A stretch of 64,000 nt of DNA from Octopus sinensis (GCF_006345805.1 NC_042998.1:63860001-63924000); one strand, 5' to 3'. Positions 12,755-25,652 are shown, counted from the first letter of the stretch. Notes: generated from the sequence alone by a model not told the origin. Numbers and translations: made by a program.

Positions 12755-14752
12755 TACTTACATATATATATATAAACTTTGTGTGTTTGTGTGTGGGGGG
12801 TATAATCTATTACATATGATATGGCCGTCAAGATACACTAAGAATATTAATTCTAAAGGTTGTAGCTAGGAGAGTAATCGATAAAACTAATTTTGGGGAG
12901 TTTTATACGTCTGACTGTACACATACACACATGTGCAAATGTGTGAGTTTGTGTCTCTGTTTGTATGCATGTATGTATGTGTATATGTATATACATATGT
13001 GTGTGCAGGCATGTATAAAGATATGCGTGAGTGTCTAGGTATACATGTTCGTATGTGTGTTTGTGTGTGTGTGTGTTTACATACATTGGGTCGTATTCAG
13101 TATGTGTTGTCTAACATTCCAAACGAGCGGTCGAATGATGAATAAGTACATATCACCGAGACAAGAAGAGAATTTATATGAAGGTGGACCTATATTTAAT
13201 TCAACAAGTCATTAGCACTAACTAAAAACATTGAGACAGTTACTCAGCCTGTGAACTATGAGAGGTAGTGTCATGGAGATGGTGTTGAAAGTTTCATTTT
13301 GTGAACCCTTCAATATCTAATCCAGTTCTCGTTCATAAAGTTGCAAACATATTCCCTGGTCTTTAGTTCACTGATTGCATTCGGAATGCAATATGTGGAA
13401 ATGTTATTTACCGAATTATATTCACATCATTGATCCTTAAGTAAACGCCAACAAGCCTGTTTAACAGAGCTACAGTTATGTACACATACAGTCATAAACA
13501 TATACGTATGTTTTACATTTGCTGCTCCTTGCTCACTAGTTCAGATGTGCACTCGTTATTACTGGGGCACCAGGAAATATAGTAAACTGTCTGAGCAGCA
13601 ATCTTGAGAAATCCGCGTTCTTAAAACCAGAAACTAAAGCTAATTGGAAAACTATTTACAAGCCATTAATGTAAATGCCAAGTTATGTAAAGCCTTCCAA
13701 AAATTTAGCATAAAAGTATGCGTAAGTGTTGACATCTATAAATGCTAATGTACTTGCATAAAACAAAACATGCAGATTTTTATATGTAGTGACTCCACAT
13801 ACTTCTACACATTTCAGTAAACCTGTACAACTACTATCTTGGTGTAGAAATTCCAGTGAAGAACCCTTGGATCTAGTTTAGAAACAGCCTATTTCTCCAT
13901 CGGTAAGAAATCTGGAAATAAAACTAAATACCATAAAAGCATACATGTCTGCATATAATGTATACAGCTATAGAAAATAAACACAAACGTTACTCTCTGT
14001 GAGAGTTATTGATGATAATCATTGCTAAGTAGCTCATAGTGAGATCCAGTTATTCGAGTTTTACGTTCGCGATGATCGATAGCACTGCATATGGAGTGCC
14101 ATTTCCTATCCATTCTGAATATCGATAGCATGAAAACATTCGAATAACTAGATGTAATGCTCCAGCAGTTGTAACTGAGCTAAGTGGAGATCTCTCGTTG
14201 ATTGTTGCTTCATGGGGAAGGAAAGGAATTATTATCTATATTTACAAATTTTAGAAATGCTAGAACTTGAAAAGATATCTGGCTGACAGTTTTATCCCAT
14301 TGGAGAAGCTGTGGATACATTTTCCGCATCTAAGAGACTCATAAATAAAATTATCAATAGCATTCAGCTTACTATGGATTACAAAAGTATGTAAAACTTA
14401 GCCATAGTTATTATGTTTTTAAAAAAAAGCTACATAGGATACAAGCGGTATTATATAATAATTCAAAAGCCACGAGTTATGTATTAACTGTTTACTCTAT
14501 ACTACCTAAAACAAACGAAAGTGTGTATTTTGTGCCGTCTTGCTAAAAGGCAATATATACCATTGCTTCAAATCTGACTACCCGAAGAAAATAACTAAAA
14601 GAAACTAAATGCTTTGTTTGCAATACATTATCCACCTCTATTCATTAGCAACGGAATAAAAACAACAGAAATAACTGACATTCGGGATTTATGATTTCGA
14701 AATAGCAAAACAAATTTTGACTTTGTACTTCAGCATTTAATGATGGAAAAAA

Positions 14753-15147
14753 TTTATCTACTTGAGGCACAAGGCCCGACATTTTAGGGGAGGGGTGCCA
14801 GTCGATTAGACCGACTTCAGTTCGCAACTGGTAATTAATTTATCGACCCGAAAGGATAAAAGTCTGAGTCGACCTCGGCGGAATTTGAACGACAGGCGAA
14901 ATAGCGCTAAGTATTTCGCCTGGTGTGCTAACGTTTCTAATTTCTTTATTGCCCACAAGGGGCTAAACATAGAGGGGACAAACAAGGGCAGAGAAAGGGA
15001 TTAAGTCGGTTACATCAATCTCAGTGCGTAACTACTACTTAATTTATCGACCCCAAAAGGATGAAAGGCAAAGTCGACCTCGGCGGAATGTGAACTCAGA
15101 ACGTAACTGCAGACGAAACACCGCTAAGCATTTCGCCCGGCGTGCCA
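14753..15147 (-). mobile_element. Two tandem family A SINEs
   Basis: 14753-14935 and 14937-15147 each contain gtcgacctcggcggaat(t/g)tgaac...gctaag(t/c)atttcgcc. Confidence 0.85.
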
Positions 15148-16324
15148 GCTTAGATAATATTAAAAATATTACGACATTAAAGACAATTCAAAAGTTTTAC
15201 TGCAATAAATCGCAGTTAAAAATGAGAGGAACTTCAGATAATCGATATTAATTCAAATGCAAATATCAATACTACTACTACTACTACTACTGTCATTATG
15301 TTAACTACTATCGAAAGACCAATTGCCTAACATCATTCTATTAAAAGTCTGCTGTGTAGACGTGAGATCATAAAAAATTTAAAATATGTATTTGTTCAAC
15401 AGAATGTTCGGAATTCTGTTTCAAAAATGAAAATAATGTTACAAGAATTAAAGTCACCTACTTATTCTAAAATATAATTCCTGTCACAAAATGCTTCGAC
15501 TGTGACAAGAATTACATTAGTCAAACAAGCATGTTGCTAAGAAACCAAAAAACGTTTTGAAAAAAGAAAAAAAAAAGAAAAAAAAATACCTTCCCGCGTC
15601 TGCAATGCGATCAATTAGTCTAATGTGCGAGATTGCAGGAAAACAAATTTGAATTATTTCGATTTCAACGGCGTGCAGAGTATATGACAAAATTACAACT
15701 GAATAGAATTAAAAATTAATTAATAAAAAAAATTGTCTAACTAGTTCAAATTGATGATGAAATATGAGGCTAACTTTTAATTTTAAATATCAGAATTTGT
15801 GAAAATATGCGTAGCATTCTTTTAATGAATATTTAAATTTCATATAATTATGATGGAATGTTTTTGTAAGCACACACGGTGCGCTTATAAATGATTTAAG
15901 TAGGGACACTATGGTTTCCTTTAGATAACAAACAGGTATAAACCTCGTAAAAGTAGGACAGTTACGAAATATATTTAATTATCTTTTTTAATTAGTTTTT
16001 ATTTTAAATATTCACATTTATGAAATTGATCTAACTCCCGTTTCCGCGAATATGTTATCATACAAATTGCTAAATCCCTTATTAACTCGTGAGTTGATAA
16101 GAAGATTACTTGCGGTGTGTACAGTATTATATATATACAGCAATCCCTCGACTATCGCGGGTGTGACGATCCAACCCCGCCACTGCGATAGGTGAAAATC
16201 CGTGAAATAAAAAGAGTAATGTACATATATTTTTTTTAATTTTTATAGTTTGTATATATATATATTTTTTATTATAAATGCTAAACAATACCACGGAGGA
16301 ATCGATGAGAGCTTAAGTAATATT

Positions 16325-16776
16325 TTCTACTCTAGACACAAGGCTTTCCTATCATTTATAAAGTCTCTTGCCTCTCTCAGTCCAGCACCGCTACACACAA
16401 AAGATTTTCTCCTTCCATCCACCTACACAAACCGAGGTCTGCCTCTGGTTCTACTACCTACCACTTCCGCCTTCATCACTCTCCGTACCATCCGGTCCTC
16501 GTCCATCCTCTCCATTCGTCTATCCAATCTGGCTGTTAGTTTTTCTCTCATTCCGGCTCGTCTTCGCATTTCCTCATTCTTCACCCTGTCCATTTTGGGG
16601 AAGGGCCCAGTCGATTAGATAGACCCCAGTACGCAACTGGTACTTAATTTATCGACACCGAACGGTTGAAAGTCAAAGTCGATCTCGGCGGAATTTGAAC
16701 TCAGAATGTAAAGACACACGAAGTACCTCCAAGCATTTCGCCCGGCGTGCTAACGTTTCTGTCAGATCGCCGCCTT
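16325..16776 (-). mobile_element. Family A SINE interrupted by an RTE fragment
   Basis: SINE tail ttctactctagacacaaggc (16325-16344) resumes as ttttggggaaggg... at 16593. Confidence 0.85.
16345..16592 (-). mobile_element. RTE-clade LINE 3' coding fragment
   Basis: Homologous to, but clearly diverged from, 17622-17895. Confidence 0.85.
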
Positions 16777-17229
16777 GACGTAAGCTTAAATAATAAACCG
16801 CGATAGGTCAACCACGACATTGTGAGGGATTACTGTACACTAAGAGCAAATGATCAGCCGTTATAATGATTAGATTTTAAGATGTTATGACGTAACATAT
16901 TACAGAGTATTTTTGTTAATTAAAATACGAAATGAATTATCTCTAATTAATTGTGTGGTATATATATAAATGAATAAAAATGTATGCACTCATATATTCA
17001 CACACAGAGACACACACAGGCACACCCACGCACACACAAACTCACTCGCACATTCTTATGTGCGTTTATATATTAGTGTACAACATGTGTGCTTCTCTGC
17101 GTATATGTACGTGTGTGTATGTGTGTGTATGTCTGCGTGTGTGATTCCGAGTGTAATATTTCCTTTCTTAACGTAATTTTTAACGTTTTACCTTATCTTT
17201 TTTATTCCATCTTCAATTTGATTATTGTA

Positions 17230-17247
17230 CTCTACTTCTACTACTAG

Positions 17248-17299
<52 letters not shown>

Positions 17300-17357
17300 G
17301 CTACTACTGGTGCTGCAGCTTGCGGTGGTGGTAGTGCTGCTGGTGCAGCTGCTTGTG

Positions 17358-17423
<66 letters not shown>

Positions 17424-17470
17424 ATAATAATAATAATAATAATAACAACAACAATAATAATGATAATAAA
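17230..17470. repeat. Compound (CTA)n - GCT/GGT core - (CTA)n - (TAA)n microsatellite
   Basis: Direct reading. Confidence 0.93.
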
Positions 17471-17510
17471 AAGAATATATGTATATATATATATATATAT
17501 ATATAATATA

Positions 17511-18268
17511 CCGGGGTCGGCCAGCATATGCTAGTTTACCCCGCCGTATCATGCTTGTTCCGTAACCCATTGAGCAACATCAAAATTCACACATCCGTCC
17601 ACTAACAACCACTCTCCAAGCTTTCCTATCATTTATAAACTCCCTTGCCTCTCTCTCTCTCTCTCTCCATCACCTGTAACCACCAAAGGTTCCTCACTCC
17701 ATCCACCCACACAAACCGAGATCTGCTTCTGGTTCTGCTGTCTACCATTTCATCCTTCACCATCATCCTTACAACCCGCTCCTTATCCATCCTCTCCATG
17801 TGACAAAACCACCTCCACATTCGTCTATCTAATTTGGTTGATAGTTTTTCTCTCATTCGTGCTCGTCTTCGCACCTCTTCATTCCTCATTTTATCCATCC
17901 GTGTCACACCAACTATAGCCCTCATACATCTCAAGTCAAACACATCTTCTCGCCTCATTTCTGCCTCTCTCACCCATGTCTCAGCACCATATAACATTGT
18001 CGGCACAACCACGCCCTCATACACACCTCCCTTCGCTTTCATACTCAACCTTTTATCTCTCAGCTTTCATACCCAACCATTTATCTTTCACAACTCCAAG
18101 TATCAAATTCCCGTCCCTTACGCTGTATCCTACCTCCCGGTACCACATGTGACTCCAGATACTCAAAAATATTCACATCCTCTAACATCTTACCATTTAC
18201 ACTCATATCCAGCCATTCCATCTTTCGAACATCTGACCTACTTACTCTTAGCTACATTCATTCAGTTT
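17511..18268 (-). mobile_element. 5'-truncated RTE-clade LINE (copy 1)
   Basis: ORF 17629-18048 reads KGGVYEGVVVPTMLYGAETW...RCMRAIVGVTRMDKMRNEEVRR...RWFCHMERM, the typical RTE C-terminus. Frameshifted MNVAKSK...MLEDVNIFEYL lies further 5' in the element. Confidence 0.9.
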
Positions 18269-18426
18269 CAGTAAGCTACAAGTAGTAAGCCACAAATGCA
18301 AAACTGCAAGAGCTCCTACAAAACATGTGATAAAAAGAAATAATAACAATGTGGATAAACAATATAATAATAATAAAATAATAATAATAATAATAACAAC
18401 AACAATAATAATGATAATAAAAAGAA

Positions 18427-18460
<34 letters not shown>

Positions 18461-19213
18461 CCGGGGTCGGCCAGCATATGCTAGTTTACCCCGCCGTATC
18501 ATGCTTGTTCCGTAACCCATTGAGCAACATCAAAATTCACACATCCGTCCACTAACAACCACTCTCCAAGCTTTCCTATCATTTATAAACTCCCTTGCCT
18601 CTCTCTCTCTCCATCACCTGTAACCACCAAAGGTTTCCTCACTCCATCCACCCACACAAACCGAGATCTGCTTCTGGTTCTGCTGTCTACCATTTCATCC
18701 TTCACCATCATCCTTACAACCCGCTCCTTATCCATCCTCTCCATGTGACAAAACCACCTCCACATTCGTCTATCTAATTTGGTTGATAGTTTTTCTCTCA
18801 TTCGTGCTCGTCTTCGCACCTCTTCATTCCTCATTTTATCCATCCGTGTCACACCAACTATAGCCCTCATACATCTCAAGTCAAACACATCTTCTCGCCT
18901 CATTTCTGCCTCTCTCACCCATGTCTCAGCACCATATAACATTGTCGGCACAACCACGCCCTCATACACACCTCCCTTCGCTTTCATACTCAACCTTTTA
19001 TCTCTCAGCTTTCATACCCAACCATTTATCTTTCACAACTCCAAGTATCAAATTCCCGTCCCTTACGCTGTATCCTACCTCCCGGTACCACATGTGACTC
19101 CAGATACTCAAAAATATTCACATCCTCTAACATCTTACCATTTACACTCATATCCAGCCATTCCATCTTTCGAACATCTGACCTACTTACTCTTAGCTAC
19201 ATTCATTCAGTTT
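18461..19213 (-). mobile_element. 5'-truncated RTE-clade LINE (copy 2, part of a tandem duplication)
   Basis: Essentially identical to 17511-18268. Confidence 0.9.
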
Positions 19214-19306
19214 CAGTAAGCTACAAGTAGTAAGCCACAAATGCAAAACTGCAAGAGCTCCTACAAAACATGTGATAAAAAGAAATAATAACAATGTGGA
19301 TAAACA

Positions 19307-19349
<43 letters not shown>

Positions 19350-19354
<5 letters not shown>

Positions 19355-19596
19355 CTGGAAATCCCAAAATGGCAGAAATTCAAAAGATAGTGCCCTTTTC
19401 TATGTAATCTCAAGCTTTAAAACAAACGTAATTTTCATATGGTTTCTTAAACATTCACTAGTACAACGTTAAGAACAAAACCAAATCTATGGCATAACAC
19501 CAACATGAACTTCAAACTTGTTGTCTCTTGAGGTCTCTGGGTGAGATTTGTACAAATGTAAAGCAAAAGTCAAACATATAATAATAATAATAATAA
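19350..19596 (+). mobile_element. Severely 5'-truncated R4/Dong-type element (last codons and 3' UTR) inside (TAA)n
   Basis: Begins IPGNPKMAEIQKIV...SM*, compared with ILGLPSLQEVQKIVLTGTSHVLRRALSM*; TAA arrays on both sides. Confidence 0.7.
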
Positions 19597-19597
19597 A

Positions 19598-19694
19598 ATC
19601 GACCTCTGCGGAATTTGAACTCAGAATATAGCGGCAGGCGAAATACCGCTAGGCATTTCGCCCGCCGTGCTAACGCTTCTGCCAGCTCACCGCC

Positions 19695-19696
<2 letters not shown>
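19598..19696 (-). mobile_element. Family A SINE 5' half
   Basis: gacctctgcggaatttgaactcagaa...cgtgctaacgcttctgccagctcaccgcctt. Confidence 0.85.
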
Positions 19697-19763
<67 letters not shown>

Positions 19764-20299
19764 ATAATAATAATAACAACAACAACAACAACAACAACAG
19801 TGTTATTATTATGAAGGAGAAGAAGAAGAAGAAGAAGAAGAAGAAGAAGAAGAAGAAGAAGAAGAAAAGAAAGAAGCAGAGACCCTAATTATTTTTTATC
19901 GTTATCCATATATTTAACAAGGCAATGTGCATTGGATTTCAGTCTATTTCTATATCATTCACACAAAATATGGTTGTACTCATATTGTGCATCCATGCAT
20001 GTACATTTGCACGTGTTTCCATATACGCAACTTATTTTAATTTCCTTACTAACTGCTGTAGTACTCAATAACTTTAATGAGAATCTTTCTTTATTTCATT
20101 TGTTTATTTCTAATATGCTATGCCTGTATAGCATTGTCCAACAGATTATGTATCTGCCTGCTCGAAGTGTGTAAATGTATGATTGATTTAGGCTTACATG
20201 TGCATATATTTACAGACAAATATATATATACGAGCGTTTGGGAATGAAAGAAATTCCTGTCTATATCTATCTCCACATAATCAAGTCGACATGCGTGTG

Positions 20300-20382
20300 T
20301 GAATAATAATAATACTACTACTAATAATAATATTAATTATAACAATAATAATAATAATAATATAATAATAATAATAATAATA

Positions 20383-20420
<38 letters not shown>

Positions 20421-20488
20421 TAATAATAATAATATAATTATAATAATGCCAATGATAATAATAATAATAATATTAATATAACAATATA

Positions 20489-20559
<71 letters not shown>

Positions 20560-20603
20560 TAATAATAATATATTATAATAATGCCAATGATAATAATAAT
20601 AAT

Positions 20604-20655
<52 letters not shown>

Positions 20656-20692
20656 TAATAATAATAATAATAATAATATAATTATAATAATG

Positions 20693-20739
<47 letters not shown>

Positions 20740-20755
20740 TAATAATAATAATAAT
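20300..20755. repeat. Long degenerate (TAA)n array abutting the Dong element
   Basis: Direct reading; contains a repeated variant ataataatgccaatgataata at about 20441 and 20574. Confidence 0.95.
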
Positions 20756-20822
20756 GATGGCCGTCTCCCCACGAGCCAATCAAAGCTAAAAAATGATAAC
20801 ATTATCGTAGCACCAAAATGTT

Positions 20823-21872
20823 TTGGAAACTAAAAGGAAAACTAAATCAGTATACCAAATCGCTTGTCCTATGGTTTATCTGGAAGCGCGTCCGCCAGGG
20901 AAGAGCCAGCCTGGGATCGAAAAGTCATCAACTGGCACAAACTCTTCTCCGAATACGGACATGGATGGTCACTTGAACGGGAAATCCCCCAACTCGAGCC
21001 CTCCAAGTTCACCACCACAACCACCACAGAAAGAAAAATGTAAGCGGAACAAATGGACCCGAGAAGAGTATAAAGAAGTAACATACGCTTATTACTATGC
21101 ATTAGGTAGGCCATCTCAAGAGAGACACACCGCAAACTCTTACAGTATATGGAGAACACGGAATCAAGACAGTAGGCCCTATTTGGACGAGAACAAATTA
21201 GCAAATGTGAGGAGGGATATCTTTAGAAATAACAGACTCACAGACAGTGAAATAAGCGCGATCAAGCACGCAACGGAAAATGACATAAATATAAGACACA
21301 AAGGAAATGAAAAATCAGATGAACAGTATAGCCCGCCACGAGGCTTAATTGAAAGACTGCCATCTGACCAAAGTACGCGAAGGCCTGAAGATACAAGAAA
21401 TTCTATTGTACCTGTTAAAGATAGCCAGGAAAACGAAAAAACAACAGTAACTGAAGATCTCGCATTTGCTGAAGAACACAGAGAGTCTATGGCAGAAATG
21501 AGGCAGAAAATCCTGAATACGCTTGAAGTTGTAAGAGGGGAAATATTAATATTAAATGAACTAATATGTGGAAATGATGTAAGATCCAGAACAGGAAGAA
21601 AGATGAAGAGAAAATTTGGATCCTCACCAAGAGAAGAACTGATATCAATAAAAGAAACGCTGAAACAAAAAGTCCAAGCAAAAGCCCAAAGAATACGAAG
21701 ATTTGAGAAGAGAAACAAGTTTTACAAGCAAAATAAGCTGTTCACATCCAATGCCAAAAAATTCTACAGAGAAATAGGGAAGGAGAAAGTAACCGTTAAA
21801 GACCCCCTCCCATGGAAGAAGTTCAAAACATTTGGAAAAGGATTTGGAGTGACAAGAAGACGTACAACATAA
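20823..21872 (+). pseudogene. N-terminal part of the Dong ORF, separated by a frameshift at about 21810
   Basis: ...KQKVQAKAQRIRRFEKRNKFYKQNKLF...KKFYREI is typical of the region upstream of RT in R4 elements. It continues in another frame as MEEVQNIWKRIW. Confidence 0.85.
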
Positions 21873-24238
21873 ATGCAGACTGGGTTATACAAACTGAAGG
21901 ATCCTACCAAAATTTACAACAAGCAAGGGAAGACATCACAATAGCAGACCTAAGAAAGGCACTCACGAAGGCCCATAATTGGAAATCCCCCGGTAAAGAT
22001 AGGGTGCCAAATTTCTGGCTCGCATCGCTCCCGTGCGCACACGGTAAGCTAGTTCAGCTGCTCAATGGAATTATGAGAGACCCAAAGAAAACACCTGAAT
22101 GGTTAGCAAGTGGCATTACTTACCTACTCCCAAAGAATAACGAAACCAACCTTCCAAAAAACTATCGGCCTATAACCTGTCTATCCACCACGTATAAAAT
22201 CCTAACATCTATCCTGGCGGAGAAAACATATGCATTCATGGAGAAGAACGATATTTTCCCCATTGAACAAAAAGGGTGCCGCCGAGGCTCTTACGGATGC
22301 AAAGATCAACTGCTAATCAATCGTATGATCCTTGAGAACTGTCACAACAAGCGCAGAAATCTCAGCACCGCATGGATTGACTATAAAAAGGCCTTCGACA
22401 GTATACCGCATCCATGGATCTTGAGATCGCTGGACATCTTCAAAATTTCCCCTGTGATTTCAAACTTCCTGAAGCACAATATGTCGTTGTGGAATACGAA
22501 TCTCCAATTATACCACTCTAATGGAGTACTTGCCTCAGAAAATATAAACATCAACTGTGGAATTTTTCAAGGTGACTCACTTTCACCTTTAATATTCTGC
22601 ATAGCCCTAATACCCCTTACAAGTGAATTAAACAGAACAGGGTATGGGTATAAAATTGCCAATAAAAAAATAAGCCATCTATTTTATATGGATGACTTAA
22701 AACTTTATGGTAAAGACAATAATGAACTTGAAGGCCTATTGCGCACCGTGAAAGCATTCAGAGATGACATCGGGATGGAGTTTGGACTTGAGAAGTGTGC
22801 CAAGGCCACTTTCCAGAAAGGGAAAGTGAAGACCACAAATTCAGTCGTGTTAGATGTTGACACAGTCATAAGAGAGCTTGAGCAAGAACAGACATACAAA
22901 TATTTAGGGATAAATGAAGGCTCTGGTATTCAGCATGCAAGCATGAAAGAGAAAATCAGGAAGGAATGTTATAGGAGAGTTCATGCAGTCCTGAAATCTG
23001 AACTAAATGCACGTAACAAGGTGTTAGCTATAAATTCCCTAGCAGGTCCAGTTGTTACTTATAGCTACAATGTGTTGAACTGGAATATGAGTGAAGTAAA
23101 GAATATAGATAGAAAGATACGCAAGCTGCTGAGTTGTAATAGGATGCACCACCCAAAGGCAGACGTAGATCGCCTTTACCTTCCCAGAGCCCAAGGAGGT
23201 CGAGGCCTGATCCAATTTGAACTAACTTACAAAACAACCACAATTGGACTGGCCAAATATCTCAAAATATCGAATGACTGGATGCTAAAGGTCGTGGAAA
23301 ATCACGAGAGACGAAAGAAGCTTCATTCTATCATCAAGGAAAGCAAAAAATTTGCTATTGATCTCGTGCAGGATACCCAAACTGAACAACCCAAGGGAAG
23401 TACGGCAACTATTGTTGCAAAGAAGGTGAAAATGATGGCAATGAAAAAAGCGCACGAGCAATTGGCTGATAGGTGGGAGGAGAAACCTCTGCACGGCAAA
23501 TATGTGACCAGCAGCAAACAAGCTGATGTTGAACAGAAGCAAACCCATCAGTGGCAGCGGAGCTCAGGGCTAAAAGCAGAGAGCGAAGGTTTCATCCTGG
23601 CTGCTCAAGACCAAAGCCTATCAACCCGGAACTACCAGGCCAGTATGATGAAAAATGGAGCAGACCCAAAATGCCGATTCTGCAACGACATGATTGAAAC
23701 AGTGGACCACCTAATCTCTGGATGTAAAGTCTTAGCACCAGTGGAGTATAAATTAAGACATGACAGAGTTGGCCAATATCTCCACTGGCTAATAAGTCGG
23801 CATTACAATATCAAAACTGCCGACAAGTGGTATAATCACCACCCTGAGGCTGTAACTGAAGGAGAAAATGTAACCATCCTGTGGGACTTTCCAGTACATA
23901 CAGACCGAACCATCAAGGCCAATAAACTAGATAATGTTGTGAAAGACCAAAACAATAAAGTTTGCTTATTGATCGATATGAGCATCCCCTGTGATCATAA
24001 TATCTCAGCGAAAGAGTTTGACAAGCTCAGAAAATATAAAGACCTACTCATTGAAATTGAGAAAATGTGGCATCTCAAGGCGGTTACAATACCAGTGATT
24101 GTAGGAGCACTAGGAATGATCAAGAAGGGAACCGAAAATTATATGAGAATGATCCTTGGATTACCATCCCTGCAAGAAGTGCAAAAGATTGTCTTAACTG
24201 GTACATCACACGTATTGAGAAGAGCATTGTCAATGTGA
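21812..24238 (+). CDS. Reverse transcriptase / CCHC zinc knuckle / restriction-like endonuclease (808-aa open part of the retrotransposon ORF)
   Basis: KSPGKD, YRPITCL, QKGC, WIDYKKAFDS, GIFQGDSLSP, YMDD, YKYLG. The endonuclease motif reads NKLDNVV...IDMSIP instead of the usual KPD, suggesting it is inactive. Confidence 0.88.
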   Translation: MEEVQNIWKRIWSDKKTYNINADWVIQTEGSYQNLQQAREDITIADLRKALTKAHNWKSPGKDRVPNFWLASLPCAHGKLVQLLNGIMRDPKKTPEWLASGITYLLPKNNETNLPKNYRPITCLSTTYKILTSILAEKTYAFMEKNDIFPIEQKGCRRGSYGCKDQLLINRMILENCHNKRRNLSTAWIDYKKAFDSIPHPWILRSLDIFKISPVISNFLKHNMSLWNTNLQLYHSNGVLASENININCGIFQGDSLSPLIFCIALIPLTSELNRTGYGYKIANKKISHLFYMDDLKLYGKDNNELEGLLRTVKAFRDDIGMEFGLEKCAKATFQKGKVKTTNSVVLDVDTVIRELEQEQTYKYLGINEGSGIQHASMKEKIRKECYRRVHAVLKSELNARNKVLAINSLAGPVVTYSYNVLNWNMSEVKNIDRKIRKLLSCNRMHHPKADVDRLYLPRAQGGRGLIQFELTYKTTTIGLAKYLKISNDWMLKVVENHERRKKLHSIIKESKKFAIDLVQDTQTEQPKGSTATIVAKKVKMMAMKKAHEQLADRWEEKPLHGKYVTSSKQADVEQKQTHQWQRSSGLKAESEGFILAAQDQSLSTRNYQASMMKNGADPKCRFCNDMIETVDHLISGCKVLAPVEYKLRHDRVGQYLHWLISRHYNIKTADKWYNHHPEAVTEGENVTILWDFPVHTDRTIKANKLDNVVKDQNNKVCLLIDMSIPCDHNISAKEFDKLRKYKDLLIEIEKMWHLKAVTIPVIVGALGMIKKGTENYMRMILGLPSLQEVQKIVLTGTSHVLRRALSM

Positions 24239-24435
24239 GAACTGTCGCTGGTCATGTATTTTAATTTAACAAAAAAAAAAAAAAAAAATGAACGAACTAC
24301 TGAGTTTGGTCTAATGGCCTACCAATATACACTATGAGTTTCTTTGCCCTAGGAGTCGGGAAGACACTCGGCAAGAAATGGAAGAAAATTTGAAAGAAGG
24401 AAAAAAAAAAAAAAAATAAAAATAATAATAATAAT

Positions 24436-25652
24436 ATGAGAGTCCCAAAGAAAACACCTGAATGGTTAGCAAGTGGTATTACTTACCTAATCACAAAGAA
24501 TAACGAAACCAACCTTCCAAAAAACTAATAGGCCTATAACCTGTCTATCCACTACGTATAAAATCCTAACATCTATCCTGGCGGAGAAAACATATGCATT
24601 CATGGGAAGAACGATATTTTACCCATTAAACACAATGGGTGCCGCCGAGGCTCATACGGAAGCAATGATCAACTGCTAATTAATCGTATGATCCTTGAGA
24701 ACTGTCACAAGCGCAGAAATCTCAGCTGCGCATGGATTGACTATAAAAAGGCCTTCGACAGTATACCGCATCCATGGATCTTGAGATCGCTGGACATCTT
24801 CAAAATTTCCCCTGTGATTTCAAGCTTCCTGAAGCATAATATGTCGTTGTGGAATACGAATCTCCAATTATACCACTCTAATGGAGTACTTGCCTCAGAA
24901 AATATAAACATCAACTGTGGAATTTTTCAAGGTGACTCACTTTCACCTTTAATATTCTGCATAGCCCTAATACCCCTTACAAGTGAATTTTATATGGATG
25001 ACTTAAAACTCTATGGTAAAGACGGTAATGAACTTGAAGGCCTATTGCGCACTGTGAAAGCATTCAGTGATGACATCAGGATGGAGTTTGGGCTTGAGAA
25101 GTGTGCCACGGCCACTTTCCAGAAAGGGAAAGTGGAGACCACAATTTCAGTCGTGTTAGATGTTGACAGAGTCAAAAGAGATATTGAGCAAGAACAAACA
25201 TACAAATATTTATGGATAAATGAAGGCTCTGGTATTCAGCATGCAAGCATGAAAGAGAAGATGAGGAGGGAATGTTATAGGAGAGTTCGTGCAGTCCTGA
25301 AATCTGAACTAAATGCACGTAACAAGGTGTTAGCTATAAATTCCTTAGCAGTTCCAGTTGTTACTTATAGGTACAATGCGTTGAACTGCAATATGAGTGA
25401 AGTAATGAATATAGATAGGAAAATACGCAAGCTGCTGAGTTGTAATAGGATGCACCACCCAAAGGCAGACGTAGATCGCCTTTACCTTCCCAGAGCCCAA
25501 GGAGGTCGAGGCCTGATCCAATTTGAGCTAGCTTACAAAACAACCACAATTGGACTGGCCAAATATCTCGAAATATCGAATGACTGGATGCTAAAGCTCG
25601 TGGAAAATCACGAGAGACGAAAGAAGCTTCATTCTATCATAAAGGAAAGCAA
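24436..25652 (+). mobile_element. Second Dong copy, truncated at both ends (RT core only)
   Basis: Highly similar to about 22073-23345, with frameshifts near its start and an in-frame 54-bp deletion (LNRTGYGYKIANKKISHL) just before FYMDD. Confidence 0.92.

Larger units (their letters stand above)
16138..16835. mobile_element. Tigger/pogo-type MITE carrying nested insertions
   Basis: TA|cagcaatccctcgactatcgcgg ... ccacgacattgtgagggattactg|TA: imperfect TIRs with TA duplications. Confidence 0.75.
17444..19310. repeat. ~950-bp near-perfect tandem duplication with its junction in (TAA)n
   Basis: ccggggtcgg at 17511 and 18461. The only differences seen are a (CT)n length change and a 1-nt T-run indel. 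Confidence 0.93.
20756..24420 (+). mobile_element. Near full-length R4/Dong-clade non-LTR retrotransposon (RT plus RLE), inserted in (TAA)n
   Basis: N-terminal RNKWTREEY...YSIWR...LANVRRDI domain, RT with FQGDSLSP and FYMDD, CCHC knuckle CRFC..ETVDHLISGC, and an RLE motif. The 3' UTR ends in A-rich/TAA sequence and TAA lies on both flanks. Dong elements are known to target TAA repeats. Confidence 0.92.

Noticed and set aside
17230-17422. Poly-Thr/Ala low-complexity coding exon (TTT...AACGGGSAAGAAACA...TTT)
   Set aside because: Embedded in compound microsatellite with no splice or homology support.
20756-20820. HDV-like ribozyme at the Dong 5' end
   Set aside because: Only a simple hairpin (gatggc/gccaatc plus cgt/acg) is evident; I could not build the nested double pseudoknot.
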